Assembly (NCBI RefSeq): GCF_001194135.2
Contig: NC_068997.1
Span: 8,543,720 to 8,607,719 of the forward strand
DNA: 64,000 bases
From: Octopus bimaculoides
Lineage: Eukaryota
Direction of reading: 5' to 3'
Shown here: positions 24,740-36,606 of the stretch, piece by piece
How positions within the stretch are numbered: the stretch's first letter is position 1
How the letters are laid out: each line of letters starts with the position of its first letter
Notes under the pieces: model-generated
Told to the model about the DNA's origin: nothing
The model's input: the letters and a program-made list of their open reading frames with translations, nothing else
Databases searched by the model: none
Position numbers and translations under genes: made by a program

Positions 24740-25660
24740 TTCTATTAATCTCCCTTTATTCTTTACTAAGTACTTTTGTAGTTTTAAAGTAGAATGTTTT
24801 ATGTTAGTATTCTAACTGATAAAACCCCCCACACACTCGTTTGTGTTCCTGTAAAATGTAATCTTTCTATACTAGTTCTTCAATGGTGCATTCCAAATGA
24901 ATTCATTATCTTTATGTTTTCCTATCTAATCTTAGTAATTTCTTTAACTGACATTTGAGAATATTGTAACTGTAACTTATTTCTGGAACAACTAAAATAT
25001 TGATACTTATTATCTTGTTCCTAGCATTTGGCTCACTTTTAAGAATTAATCTAATGTATTTATAATTTTCCTTTCTGAAACTTTTCTTTCATTTCTGTGT
25101 GTCCTAAATATTTGTAAGCCTGTCTTTGCTCTAATCCTTTTATCTTTATTTCTTTATCTAATATTGCATTTACTGTCTTTTTATTAATTTTCATCTCATC
25201 AAGGTTTTCTTGGCATATTTTCACAAACTATATTTCATGCCAATTTCCCTCCTGAATCATGCACTGTACGCAACAGACTTTTCAATTGTTTGTTAATTAC
25301 AGCATATAGTTTGATGACACACATACATAATTTAATTGGTTGATTTTTCAGCAAAATCATTGAACGTTTTCGCACATACTTTGTAACTACCTGTTAGATA
25401 TTCTAGCCAGAAATTTGGCACTTCTTTCATTTCCTGTCATTTCTTGTTCATATTCTCTAAAGTATCTGCATTATTTGCTGAAAGGTTCTTTTTTTTTCCA
25501 GAAATGTTCCTACCATTATGTTTGCTGCTTTTAACATGTTTACCCATAACAATCCATCAAATGTCTATATTACTTTCCTAAAATCTTCAGCTTCTCCTGT
25601 TTCTGATTCTACAATCATTTCCATTTTGCTTTCTCCCTGGTTTTTTGGTAAGGTTGGTTT
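24740..25660 (-). mobile_element. Degraded R4/Dong-like (RLE) non-LTR retrotransposon RT fragment
   Basis: Manual minus-strand translation gives VPNFWLEYL, AYKYLG, RLILKSEPNARNKIISINILVVPEISYSYNI, LDRKT..MHH; many stops and frameshifts. Confidence 0.75.
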
Positions 25661-25742
25661 AGGTTAAAAACAAGTTGTTTTTTTGTTCAAAGAAGTCTTG
25701 TCACTTTTTATAATGACAAATTCCTTATGATTTATGAGGATT

Positions 25743-25775
<33 letters not shown>

Positions 25776-26504
25776 TTTTCTTAGACCCTCTTTGATTTCA
25801 GATAGATTTTATGTTCCCTATTTTGTATGTGTCTCCTATTTTTTTTCATTTATATATCTTTTTGTTGTCAATCATATTAAAGATTGAGAGATCTTTTATA
25901 CTATTTTGTTTCTCTACGTTTGGCTTTCACATGTCCTCCTCCTCCTCCTTTCTCCTCTTCTTCCTCCTCCTCCTTCTTTCTCCTCTTCCTCCTCCTCCTT
26001 AACCATCATAAAGTACTTTCTGAGTGAGAAAACCTGATCATAAATATTGCAGCCGTGAATATTACTTCTTTCTTTCTTTCGTTCTTTCTTTCATTCTTAC
26101 ATACAAGGGCTCCAGGACTGTATTATCCAATATGTCCTTTCTTTTTTTTTTTAAGATGATTTAAGAGAGAATTGGCTGCTATTTCATATTCGTAGCCGGT
26201 TCAATGGCCACATAGAGACTCCCTCATTGGTTCATGTTTCCATATTATTTACTTAGCATTTGATCTTCCCATGTGATACGTTTTGAGGAAAAATCCATTT
26301 TCTCTTAGTGACCACTCCTCACCACTAGTACCTCCTGCATAGAGTAGTTAACTTATCTTGGAGATATTAATGCCATCTTTTGATTCCAGTATGTCTATGA
26401 TTGTCCAGTCTGCAATTGTTACTGTTGTTGTTATTTCATTGCTGAGTTTCATCAGCTCTAAGGTGAGGCAGGGAGTTTTTTTGCATTACTACATCGGGAG
26501 AACT

Positions 26505-26660
26505 ATGTTGCAGGTGTAGTAAGAAGTTTGCTCCATAATCACATGGTTTTGTGTTGTCCCACTATATGGCACCTTGGGCAATTATCTTCTGCCATAGTCT
26601 TGGACCAACCAATGCCTTGTGAGTGTATTTGTTGGATGGAAACTGAAAGAAGCCTGTTGT
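26505..26660 (+). mobile_element. SINE family A, 5' half
   Basis: aatcacatggttt..ggcaccttgggcaa..gatggaaactgaaagaagcc. Confidence 0.7.
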
Positions 26661-27135
26661 ATACATACATACATACATACATATATTACATATATATTTA
26701 TATACATATATATATATATATATTATATATTTATCTACATACATATATATATTATATATTATATATATATTTATCTACATACATATATATATTATATATT
26801 TATATATATATTATATATATATTTATCTACATACATATATATATTATATATTTATATATATATTATATATATATTTATATACATACATATATATATTATA
26901 TATATATTTATATACATACATATATATATTATATATATATTTATCTACATACATATATATATTATATATCTATATATATATTATATATATATTTATCTAC
27001 ATACATATATATATTATATATTTATATATATATTATATATATATTTATATACATACATATATATATTATATATTTATATATATATTTATATACATACATA
27101 TATGCATATATATATATATACATATATATATATAC
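26660..27135. repeat. AT-rich higher-order minisatellite (tatatatattta(t)ctacatacata.. units)
   Basis: Recurrent atctacatacata/atatacatacata cores embedded in (TA)n. Confidence 0.85.
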
Positions 27136-27138
27136 ACA

Positions 27139-28364
27139 CAGACAAAACAGAAGTGAATAGACACCTCATAAAACATCGTTTTATGTTTATTCTAACTTGT
27201 AAAAAGTTTATATTTTTTATTAATTGACATTTTTATGTTTCAGGTTCTATACATGACTGTTTAATCATGCCATGTACAAAAGAAGCCTTGGAACTGTCTG
27301 AATCTCAAAGTAGCCATATTGTGGATCATTCTGAAGGTGGACATAGTCAGCACAAAATCGAAGAAAACCTTATAATCCCACTTTCTACAGTTAATAGAGT
27401 GATTTGCAATTCACCAGGGAGGTCTACATCACCTCGCCCAGATCAATCAGGGCCCTCGAGCAGGACCCTTCACTTTGTTAAGAGAATTGTGGAGGATAAT
27501 CTTCATTGCAAGGCCTCTGACATAGCAGAACAAGTTGATGTCAGTCCTAGAACAGCTGTCATGTATCTCCACAAACTTGGTTACGATGGCAGAGCAGCAA
27601 GAAGGAAGCCATTTCTTCAGCCAGCCAATATCAAGCAGAGAAAAGATTGGGCCAGTGAGATGGTGGAGAGGCCACTAGCATTTTGGGACACTGTCATATT
27701 TTCTGATGTGTCCAGATTTGCTTTATTTTCTGACAGTGGTCAAGTGTGGGTCTGGAGACTGTCATCAAGAATTTGACGTGAAAAGACTGCAACCAACAAT
27801 GAAACATGGCAGCTATTCTGTGATGGTCGGGGTGGAGGAGCAATTTTAAGCAATGGTTGATCAGAGGTGATGGAGTATAAGAGAAACATAAACTCAGATA
27901 AATATGTATCCATATTACAGAAAGGACTCCTTCCAATCTTCTCCAGTGGTAAAATGATTAAAGAAGACTCTTTATTTATGCAAGATGTCACATGGCTGAA
28001 ATTTGTTGGATGAGAATGGCATTAAAAAGCTTCCATGGCCAAACCAGTCACCAGATATGAACCATATTGAACACCTCTGGGACATAATGTACAGGACACT
28101 TCATAAAAAGAACAGGAAAGCATCTTCAAAGCCGGATCTTTTAAGATTATTGCGTGAAACTTGGCCAGAAATTCTGCAGAAGAATATTCATCATCTAATC
28201 AGTAACATACCTAATAGGGTCCTTGCCTTGAAAAATGCAAAGGGGGCATATCTAAAAAGAAATTAGATATTCACATCATAATAATTAATAATTTGAATGT
28301 ATAATTTCAGATTTAAATAAATTTTAATGATTATAAGGGTGTCTATTTACTTCTGTCATATCTG
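27139..28364 (+). mobile_element. Tc1-family DNA transposon, defective transposase
   Basis: Imperfect TIRs (caga..acagaagtgaatagacacc / ggtgtctatttacttctgt..tctg) with TA on the right. ORFs 27267-27776 (HTH, ARRKP, WDTVIFSDVSRF) and 28003-28266 (WPNQSPDMNHIEHLW); LFMQD near 27975. Confidence 0.92.
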
Positions 28365-28556
28365 TATATACATATACATTATTGTATAAGATGTATATAT
28401 ATCAAGAGAGAGAGAGAAATAATTGTACAGGGTACAATTATACTTAATCATACCCTATACAGTTATATATCTCTGTAAATGTATTTTACCTAAAAGGTTT
28501 TTATATGCTGACCATTGATAAAATTAATTTTAATAATTTTATCCTCTATGTTTATA

Positions 28557-28596
<40 letters not shown>

Positions 28597-28895
28597 AAAT
28601 GTTGCCGTACACATACATACATACGTAAGCCTTCTGATATTTGCAACACAGGTACATGATTAGATACTGTGATTCTATGTGCATACTACCAGAGATATCA
28701 CTGTTGTTTCCAGCCTCCAGGCATCTACCATTGACAAGGGCAAGGAAGGCAGAAATCATGTGATCTGGTAGTCCTGGTGGTAGTGAATTATCTCCCACTA
28801 GCGATATAAACAAGAGTGCTGTTATGCACCAAAAGTCCACATGGTAACTGTTGAAGTATTCTGTGTTCTAACACAGCAGCCATTTTTAAATGGTA

Positions 28896-28938
<43 letters not shown>

Positions 28939-29268
28939 TATATATGTATGTATGTGTAAGTGTGTATATGTGTACATACCTGTGTGTGTGTGTTTCTCCT
29001 TGCCTTGGTGTCACGTGACAGTTGTAAGCATGTGTCACCATCATGCAATCAGTGTCCTTTGTTTTTGAAGCTTGGAGACATTTCTGACCATGGAGAGACA
29101 CTTGGAATCAGGTGAATGTTGGTGAGAGGAAGAGCATCCAGCCATAGAAAAATATGAATTGACAAACTCCATCTGACCAACACAAGCATGGAAAAGTGGA
29201 CATTAAAGCAACAACATTGATGATGATGACAGTGATGGAGATGGTGGTGGTTGTAGCGGCGGTGGCAG

Positions 29269-29315
<47 letters not shown>

Positions 29316-29829
29316 GGAAGATCTACTATTGATTTTAATTCTTTATCTATTTCTACCTTTAGATTGTTATCATATTTGCAATTTTTCAACATTTTAGATC
29401 TTTTTCTCCTCTTAGATCTTTCATAAATTCTCTGTGTTCATATTTTCATTGATGTAGTTCGGGTGTGGTGTTTGTTAATGGTCACTATTCTGTACATATG
29501 CTAAGATTTGATTTTCTTGTGTTTTATTGTTCATTTTCTTTTTTTTTATCTAAGTTTGTTTTTCTGTTGCGCTTATCTTCATGATTTATGTTCTCTAATG
29601 TCTATAACTTTAATGTTTGTGTTTAAAAAAAATTGTTATTTTCATGCATAAAAATAACTGCATGATTTTTTTTCTTTTCTTATTTTCTTTTTCTTTTTTG
29701 AAAAAAGTTTCGTCAAAATGCATCTCAATTTATAACATAGAAATCAATGAAAAAAATAGATTTCATGTTAAGGAATTCCACATTACAGAAAGTTTCTCCA
29801 GAAATTTCTATGGTTTGGGGGATACCTGT

Positions 29830-30030
29830 AATAATTCTTTCTCAAGTAAACACCAGCCCTGAAATTTTGGAGGAAGGAGCTTTTCAATTACATCAGCCTC
29901 AGTGCTCAACTGGTAATTATTTCATCAATCCCAAAAGGATAAAGAACAAAGTCAACCATGGCAGAATTTGAACTCAGAATGTCAAGTCAGAAAAAATGCT
30001 GCAAAGCATTATGTCTAGCATGCTTACGAT
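29830..30030 (-). mobile_element. SINE family C
   Basis: cagtgctcaactggta..aaagtcaacc..agaatttgaactcagaa. Confidence 0.7.
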
Positions 30031-30074
30031 TTTGCTAGTTTGTTGCCTTGAGAGGGATACCTGTAATAATAATA

Positions 30075-30106
<32 letters not shown>

Positions 30107-30113
30107 AATAATA

Positions 30114-30317
30114 AGAGCACCCAGAGAGTGCAAACCTCTGCCAAGGCAACACCAATGTCCTCTCAACAATTAGCCAGAAATGATTTTTAGAATGAGAATA
30201 TTTGAAATAAACTCGACTGCTCTCACAAACAAGAATACTAAAAATGAACCCGACTGCTCTCAAAAATTAAGGAAAAAAACAAAAATAATCTAGAATCCTT
30301 GTCTGGTACCTGATCGA
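30114..30317 (-). mobile_element. HINE/DINE-1-like non-autonomous element, 3' part
   Basis: + strand agagcac..gagagtgcaaACCTCTGCCaagg holds a subterminal IR matching the hairpin at 31119-31144. Confidence 0.55.
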
Positions 30318-30329
30318 GCCCAGTAGTAG

Positions 30330-30560
30330 TCATGGAATATGATGGTGGGTGTTCAGGCTGTGTTTGTAATGCCGCATATATATCTGCAGTGGGAACAGGG
30401 ACAGTCTTCTCTATGAAGGTTTTTTTTAGTCTATTCACTGATATAGTGTCTTTACAACTATTAAGGTCTATAGTGAAAAATTTATCCATGTGTGAAAGAA
30501 AATGGAAAAGACCTGCATACGGTGCTGTTAACAGAGGTTTAACAACATCGTTGCACACAA
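30330..30560 (-). mobile_element. Gypsy/Ty3 integrase C-terminal (GPY/F) fragment
   Basis: ORF 30238-30558: DVVKPLLTAPYAGLFHFLSHMDKFFTIDLNSCKDTISVNRLKKTFIE, like Gypsy PL..PY.GP....KFFTID....DTVS.DRLK. Confidence 0.8.
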
Positions 30561-30964
30561 CAACATGAGTCCAAGAAGTAAATCTTCCTTCAAGGCAGAG
30601 CTAGAAATGCAATTGTCAAGTATGTCAGAGGTTTTAAACAGGAGCGATATATTCAAAATAGGTAAAACTAAAAATTGTCGAGGATAAATTAAATTTATTA
30701 TCGCTACTGAATATGTTAATGTTATATGTTTCTGAATAGTTTTGCTGCTGCTTGTTTATGTAGTTTGATTTCTTTATCCATCAGTTTCTACTAAGATAGA
30801 AACACAAGTAAAATTAATAATAGAGAAACAAAAATAAAACATTGGAAACAGCAATGCTACCATAGCTTACATGAAAAACATGAGCATGCTTTTAAGGGAG
30901 ATAATCAGAGAAAGACTTGAAAGTGAACGTAAGATTGTAATACTTCATGTGAAGTAACTATAAC

Positions 30965-31147
30965 AAATAATCCAGAATACATTTCCAGTACCATATTGAT
31001 CCCAAAATCTAATCAGTTCGTACCAGTCATGAGGCCAAACATCACTGAAAGTTTCATCCAAATCCATCCAGCGGTTCTTGAGATATCTTGTGCACAGACA
31101 AACATGACCGAAAACAATATCTCTGTCTTCGCTAATGCAGAGGTAAT
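30965..31147 (-). mobile_element. HINE/DINE-1-like element, 5' part with terminal hairpin
   Basis: ..gaaaacaatATCTCTGTCttcgctaatGCAGAGGTaat is an imperfect terminal stem-loop; gaaagtttcatccaaatccatccagcggttcttgagatatc body. Confidence 0.6.
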
Positions 31148-31169
31148 AATGATTTCAAATTTTTTCCAC

Positions 31170-31362
31170 AAGGCAGCTTGGGAGAAGGGGTTAAATAAAT
31201 TACATTGATTGCAGTACATAACTGGTACTTGCTTAATCGACCCCAAAAGGATGAAAGGCAAAGTCGACCCCAGCAGCATTTGAACTCAGAACATGAAAAC
31301 AGATGAAATACCGCTAAGCATTTCACCTGGCATACTAACGACTCTGCTAGCTCACCACCTTA
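31170..31362 (-). mobile_element. SINE family C
   Basis: tcgaccccaaaaggatgaaaggcaaagtcgacc..atttgaactcagaac..ccgctaagcatttc. Confidence 0.8.
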
Positions 31363-31984
31363 ATATCTATAATAATATTGTCTTAGTGTTTATAACTTTA
31401 ATGGGAATTTTTTTGCTGTGTTTTTGCTTTTTGTATTTTCACAGTATATTTAAGTTTTTTTTTCTTTTTCTTTATAAACGTTCTGTATTTATGTCTTGAT
31501 ATCAGTTTTAAGTATTTTTCTTCTTAAATTAACTTAGTCTATCAGAAACTAAAACGACTTCCAGATCATAGTTATTTTCTCTCCAGCTGTTATAAAATTC
31601 TTTTACTCTTTCTCTTGTTTCACTCATCAGACTGTAGCTATTTTGTGGAATTGTCTTGGAGGGTTTTAGTCAATTACGTCAACCTCAGCACTTATTTTTG
31701 AGTCTGGTGCTTATTTTAGCAATCTCTATTTGGTAAATCACTGGAGTTTCAGGGCATAAACAAAGACATCATTTGTAAAAAATGATGCCTTTTCAATAGA
31801 AAACTGACATAGAAATAGACAGACATACACACAGATTAACACACACACACTCACACACATATATACATACATATACATACACATGCACACACGCATACAT
31901 ATATATCTGTATACATATATACAAATAGATATATATACACACACACACATGTATATATATATATATATATGCATGTATGTATAT

Positions 31985-32190
31985 ATATATTCTTTTATTT
32001 GTTTGTCATTTGACTGTGACCATGCTGGAGCACTCCCTTTAGTTGACCAAATCAACCCCAGGACTTAATTCTTTGTAAGCCTAGTACTTATTCTATCGGT
32101 CCCTTTCGCTGAACTGCTAAGTTATGGGAATGTAAACACACTAACATCGGTTGTTAAGCAATGGTGGTGGAGACAAACACAGACACACAA
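31985..32190 (-). mobile_element. SINE family A, 3' half
   Basis: gtcatttgactgtgaccatgctggagc..gcctagtacttattctatcgg. Confidence 0.85.
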
Positions 32191-32204
32191 ACATGTACAT
32201 ACAT

Positions 32205-32572
32205 ATTTTGTTGTCACTTAAAGCATGCAGAACCCATGCTCCATACTTCTGAACCTTTCCCATCGAGTGAAGATGCTTCTCTATAGCAGTATGGGATCAT
32301 TCCATTTTCTCTGCCAGTTCCCTTGTCGTTTGACGAGAATTTTCGTGCAGAAGTTGGTTTAATCGCTCTTCATCAAACTCAACTGGACGACCAGAACGAG
32401 GTGCGTCTTTGAGGTCAAAATTTCCATTTTTGAACTTGGCATACCAATCACGAGCGGTTCTTTCAGCTATGGCACCCTCTCCATACACAGCATAAATGTT
32501 GTGAGCAGCTTTTGCAGCCTTAGAACCTTGATTAAAAGCAAAAAGAAGGAGGCAATGTGATGTGTGGAAGTT
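32205..32572 (-). mobile_element. Mariner transposase N-terminal fragment
   Basis: HCLLLFAFNQGSKAA..WYAKFKNGNFDLKDAPRSGRPVEFD..TTRELAEKME*..HLHSMGKVQKYGAWVLHAL (WVPHEL-type motif). Confidence 0.88.
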
Positions 32573-32639
32573 CCACTTTAGCAATACATATATCAGTAGT
32601 AGGGGAAAGTAACAATGCTCTGGATGAAACTTAGAGTAA

Positions 32640-33200
32640 GTCTCAATAAGGATGAGCAGGTCAGTCAGTTCCAGAGGACTTTGGGGCCAGAGACTACATG
32701 GATAACTTCCAGGAACCACGAGTCTGATACTACTACCAAGGGGCACTATTGGTTCAAGATAAAGTCTACAGGTAGATAGAAAGTGTTCCTAGGTGAGACT
32801 GTCCAAGATGTGTGTAGAATGACAAAACCATACTTCATGCTCTCTTGCTGTATCCAAGCATTGTTGACTGCAGAATTATTTTAAACTGCTGTTGCGTACA
32901 GCTATTGGCTGAGTCCATTGTGAAGCTCATTCCATTACTGCCCTTTAATCAGTCTGGGTAAGCAGTTGGCCTGTGTCTGGTGGTTTGGTGAAAGGGGTTG
33001 TGTGATGGATACGGCTGAAATAATAAAGAGCATATATCTTCCTTTTTTTTTTGGTCAAGCCCTTATCGACTTTATTAAAGGAAAATGAAGGTGGAGAGAA
33101 GAATGCTGCTGCCCAAAAAATTTGTTGAAAGGAGAATGAGAGTGGCAAGTATGGTCTGAGTGAATGGGTCTGCTTTGTATCTGTGGATTGGAGGACAATT
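32640..33200 (+). mobile_element. Tx1/L1-clade LINE ORF2 C-terminal fragment
   Basis: MDNFQ, ALLVQDKVYR and a CCHC-type CPRCV*NDKTILHALLLYP at ~32800-32856; frameshifted. Confidence 0.65.
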
Positions 33201-33419
33201 GGGAGAGGTCACTTACCTTAGTGAACAGGGTGACTGTGGTTTTTGTGGGGACTGTCCCGAGCAACCCTCAGAGGTCTTCCCAATTTTGGGGAAATTTTCT
33301 TTGTTTGAATTTTTTGGGGTTATTTCCCTTGTTTAATCATTTTTTAAAATTAATTCCCACATTGTGTCATCCTGTTCCATCATTGACAGTTTTTCAACCC
33401 TTTTTGGTTAATAAAGAAA

Positions 33420-34110
33420 GCATTGCTGGCAAAATCGTTAGCATGCTGGTCAAAATGCTTAGCGGTATTATGCCTGTCGCTCCGATCTGTGTCCAAATTC
33501 CACCGAGGTCAACTTTGCCTTTCATCTTTTCGGGGTCGATTAAATAAGTACCAGTTATTCACTGGGGTCAGTGTAATTGACTTAATCCCTTCCCCCCCAA
33601 ATTTGACACCTTTCTAGTTGAAAGGATTGTTGTTGTTGTTATTCATCATTAGTATTATCATTAAGATAGCAAACTGGCAAAGCCGTCAGCATGCTGCACA
33701 AAATGCTTAATGGCATTCTTTGGCTCTTCATGATCTGAGTTCAAACCCCACTGAGGTTGACTTTGCCTTTCATCCTTATGGGGTCGATAACATAAAGTAC
33801 TCATCAAGTACTGGGAACAATGAAATTGACTGTCACACTCTCCTAGAAAAAAATTAAATTACTAGCTTTTTTGCCACAATTTAAAACCATTATTATTAGT
33901 AGTAGTAGTAGTTGTATTAAGACAGCAAGCTGACAGAATCATTGACAAAATGCTAAGCCACATTTCATCTGTCTTAACATTCTGAGTTCAAATCCCACTG
34001 AGGTTGACTTTGCCGTTCATCCTTTCAGGGATTGATAAATTAAGTTCCAGTGTAATTAACTGGTTCCTTCCCACAAAAATTTCAGGCCTTGTTCCTTTAG
34101 TAGAAAGGAT
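33420..34110 (+). mobile_element. SINE family C, three head-to-tail copies
   Basis: ctggcaaa..ttagc..caaaatgctta..gaggt(c/t)(a/g)actttgcc..atcct recurs at ~33425, ~33673 and ~33929. Confidence 0.8.
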
Positions 34111-34609
34111 TATTATCATTATTATTCTTCTTATTATTACATGTAGAATTTATCTTCTTACATCACATAGAATCATGTACATCTTGGAAGACATGTTTTT
34201 AAAATATTCAAGGTTAATCAATGTGTTGTCAGAATGCAGAATCCAGAATTACTATTTTCCGGAACTTACGGAAATAATTGCATAACTTTCTAATTGTAAC
34301 CAATTACAAATGGCATGGTGGAATATTTTTCCATTGCCATTTCATCTTTGATTCAACAGTAAAGTCTGTAAAATTTCTTAGATTTTCAACTTGCTTCTGT
34401 ATGACATTACAATCATTTGTATTGTTATGTCAATTAGTAAAACATCATTGTGATTTTTGCCATGTTGGATTATTGTATACTCCATGGTGGACGGTGTGCA
34501 TGCTACATTTTCATACAACTTTAGCACAGTAATTCTCTAAGACAGACAGCTAAAAAAAGAATTTTTAAGAAGCTTAAACTGACAAAACCAATATGGTTGC
34601 ATGTGTGTG

Positions 34610-34647
<38 letters not shown>

Positions 34648-35049
34648 NNNNNNNNNNNNNNNNNNNNNNNNNNNNNNNNNNNNNNNNNNNNNNNNNNNNN
34701 NNNNNNNNNNNNNNNNNNNNNNNNNNNNNNNNNNNNNNNNNNNNNNNNNNNNNNNNATATATATGTGTGTGTGTATATATATATGTGTGTGTGTGTGTAT
34801 GTATGTGTATAGATATAAATGTATGTATATATATATTTTATATATGTGTGTGTAGAGAGAGACAGACAGACAGACAGAGTCAGATGTAGACAGATGAAGA
34901 GTGAGAGAGAGAGAGAGTGCTGTTTTTCCACATTTTATTTCCTAGTATATTTGTGGGAATAACTGTAGACATTCTGAATAAATTCTGATGTATTGCTTCA
35001 GGAAATAGCTTGCTAAAGTGACATTTGCCATCTATTTTATAGAAACTAT

Positions 35050-35450
35050 AGACGTGGCTATGTGGCTAAGAAGTTCACTCTGCAACCATGTGGTTTCAGG
35101 TTCAGCCCACTGCACAGCACCCTGGCAAGTGTCTTCTACTACAGTCCCAACTTAACCAATGCCTTGTGAGTGAATTTGGGAGGCAGAAACTGTAGGCGAC
35201 GAGCTGGCAGAAACGTTAGCACGCCAGGCGAAATGCTTAGCGGCATTTCGCCTGCCGTTACGTTCTGAGTTCAAATTCCGCCAAGGTCGACTTTGCCTTT
35301 CATCCTTTCGGGGTCGATAAATTAAGTACCAGTTACGCACTGGGGTCAATGTAATCGACTTAATCCCTTTGTCTGTCCTTGTTTGTCCCCTCTATGTTTA
35401 GCCCCGAGTGGGCAATAAAGAAATAAGAACCTGTAGAAGCCCCTCCTATG
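35050..35450 (+). mobile_element. SINE family A 5' part, interrupted by a family C copy
   Basis: ggctatgtggctaag head; the body gaaactg..gaagccc is split at 35195/35437. Confidence 0.75.
35196..35425 (+). mobile_element. Young, CpG-rich SINE family C nested in family A
   Basis: Flanked by agaaactgtag (35185-35195) and agaacctgtag (35426-35436), an 11-bp TSD with one mismatch. Confidence 0.85.
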
Positions 35451-35751
35451 TATCAAAAGGATGTGTTATAATACTATTCCACATATACAAAAACAGCCAT
35501 TCCAACATACCTCCATCATCAGCTGCCCCACAGATATCATTATGGTTTCAACACCTGGGCAGTACCATTCAATCCGGCGGTGCCAACAGCACTAAAATAA
35601 GTGTTGTTTGGGAACAAACATACCAAAGAAACCACAACTTTCAAACACATTTACCCCCCGCATACAACTGCATCAGTAAATAAAAAAATATATAAGTAAA
35701 TGAACTACCAACTCCTAAATACGTAACTAAACAGCAACCAATCCTTTAAGC

Positions 35752-36028
35752 CAGGGGTTTTCAAACTATTTGACTTGCAGACCCCTTTATATTTCAGGCT
35801 TTACCTTAAAGACCCCCTTATAAATGCTTATGAAATTTATACATAAATATTTGCTTAAAATAACATATATTTTTACATTTATTTATTTAACAGTGTGACA
35901 AATAGGTTTATTGTCAATTAAAAGATTTCGATTAAAAAACATATATAAAATCAAATTGCCCATAAAAAGTATTTGCTGTCCACGGACCCCCTGTCTTGTC
36001 CTTGCGGACCACAGTTTGAAAACCCCTG
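35752..36028. mobile_element. hAT-superfamily MITE
   Basis: Perfect 16-bp TIR caggggttttcaaact/agtttgaaaacccctg; perfect 8-bp TSD ctttaagc (35744-35751, 36029-36036). Confidence 0.93.
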
Positions 36029-36114
36029 CTTTAAGCCATTCAAAAATTATATTCCCTACTGACTTCCATTACATAATATAAAAGTGAAAGCTTAATAACC
36101 ACATTTGTACATAT

Positions 36115-36340
36115 ATCTATGTATGTGTGTTTTTGTATTTGTCCCCACCACCTCTTAACAACTGGTGTTGGTTTGTTCACACTCTCATTACTTAACAGCT
36201 TGACAACAGAGGCCACTACAATAAGTTACCAGACTTAAACGATAAGTACTGAGATTGATTTGTTTAACTAAACCCTTCTCGTCAGTGCCCCAGCTTGGTC
36301 GCAATCCGATGAGTGAAACAACTGAAAGGTATGTGATAAA
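36115..36340 (+). mobile_element. SINE family A, diverged 3' half
   Basis: tatttgtccccacc..aactggtgttggtttg..gtgccccagc..tgaaaca. Confidence 0.65.
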
Positions 36341-36353
36341 AGAGTTCTCTTAA

Positions 36354-36550
36354 CCCTTTTGGTACCACATTTCTGTTGAGATACTTTGTGTTTCTTTCAA
36401 TTCTAAATATAACAAAGAATTTAGTAAAATAACTTAGTTATCATTAAGCTTGTGTTAGGAACATGGAAGATTTTAATTCAAAACTTATGAAAACCAGACA
36501 TTTGTACTACAGAACCACGGGTGGTTTCAACCAGGTTGGTATCAAAAGGA
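36354..36550. mobile_element. piggyBac-type MITE
   Basis: TTAA|cccttttggtacc ... ggtatcaaaagga|TTAA: 13-bp imperfect TIR with TTAA on both sides. Confidence 0.8.
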
Positions 36551-36606
36551 TTAATAAACTTATTTGTGATGCCTCATTCTTGTTTCAGAAACTTTACTGG
36601 TTTTGC

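Noticed and set aside
26528-27227. 200-aa Y/I-rich ORFs and other YI/CV/HT/LS-rich ORFs
   Set aside because: Translations of microsatellites and low-complexity tracts.
28680-28840. Signal-peptide-like ORF (MDFWCITALLFISLVG..)
   Set aside because: Starts at GTG, runs into a microsatellite, and I recognise no homology.
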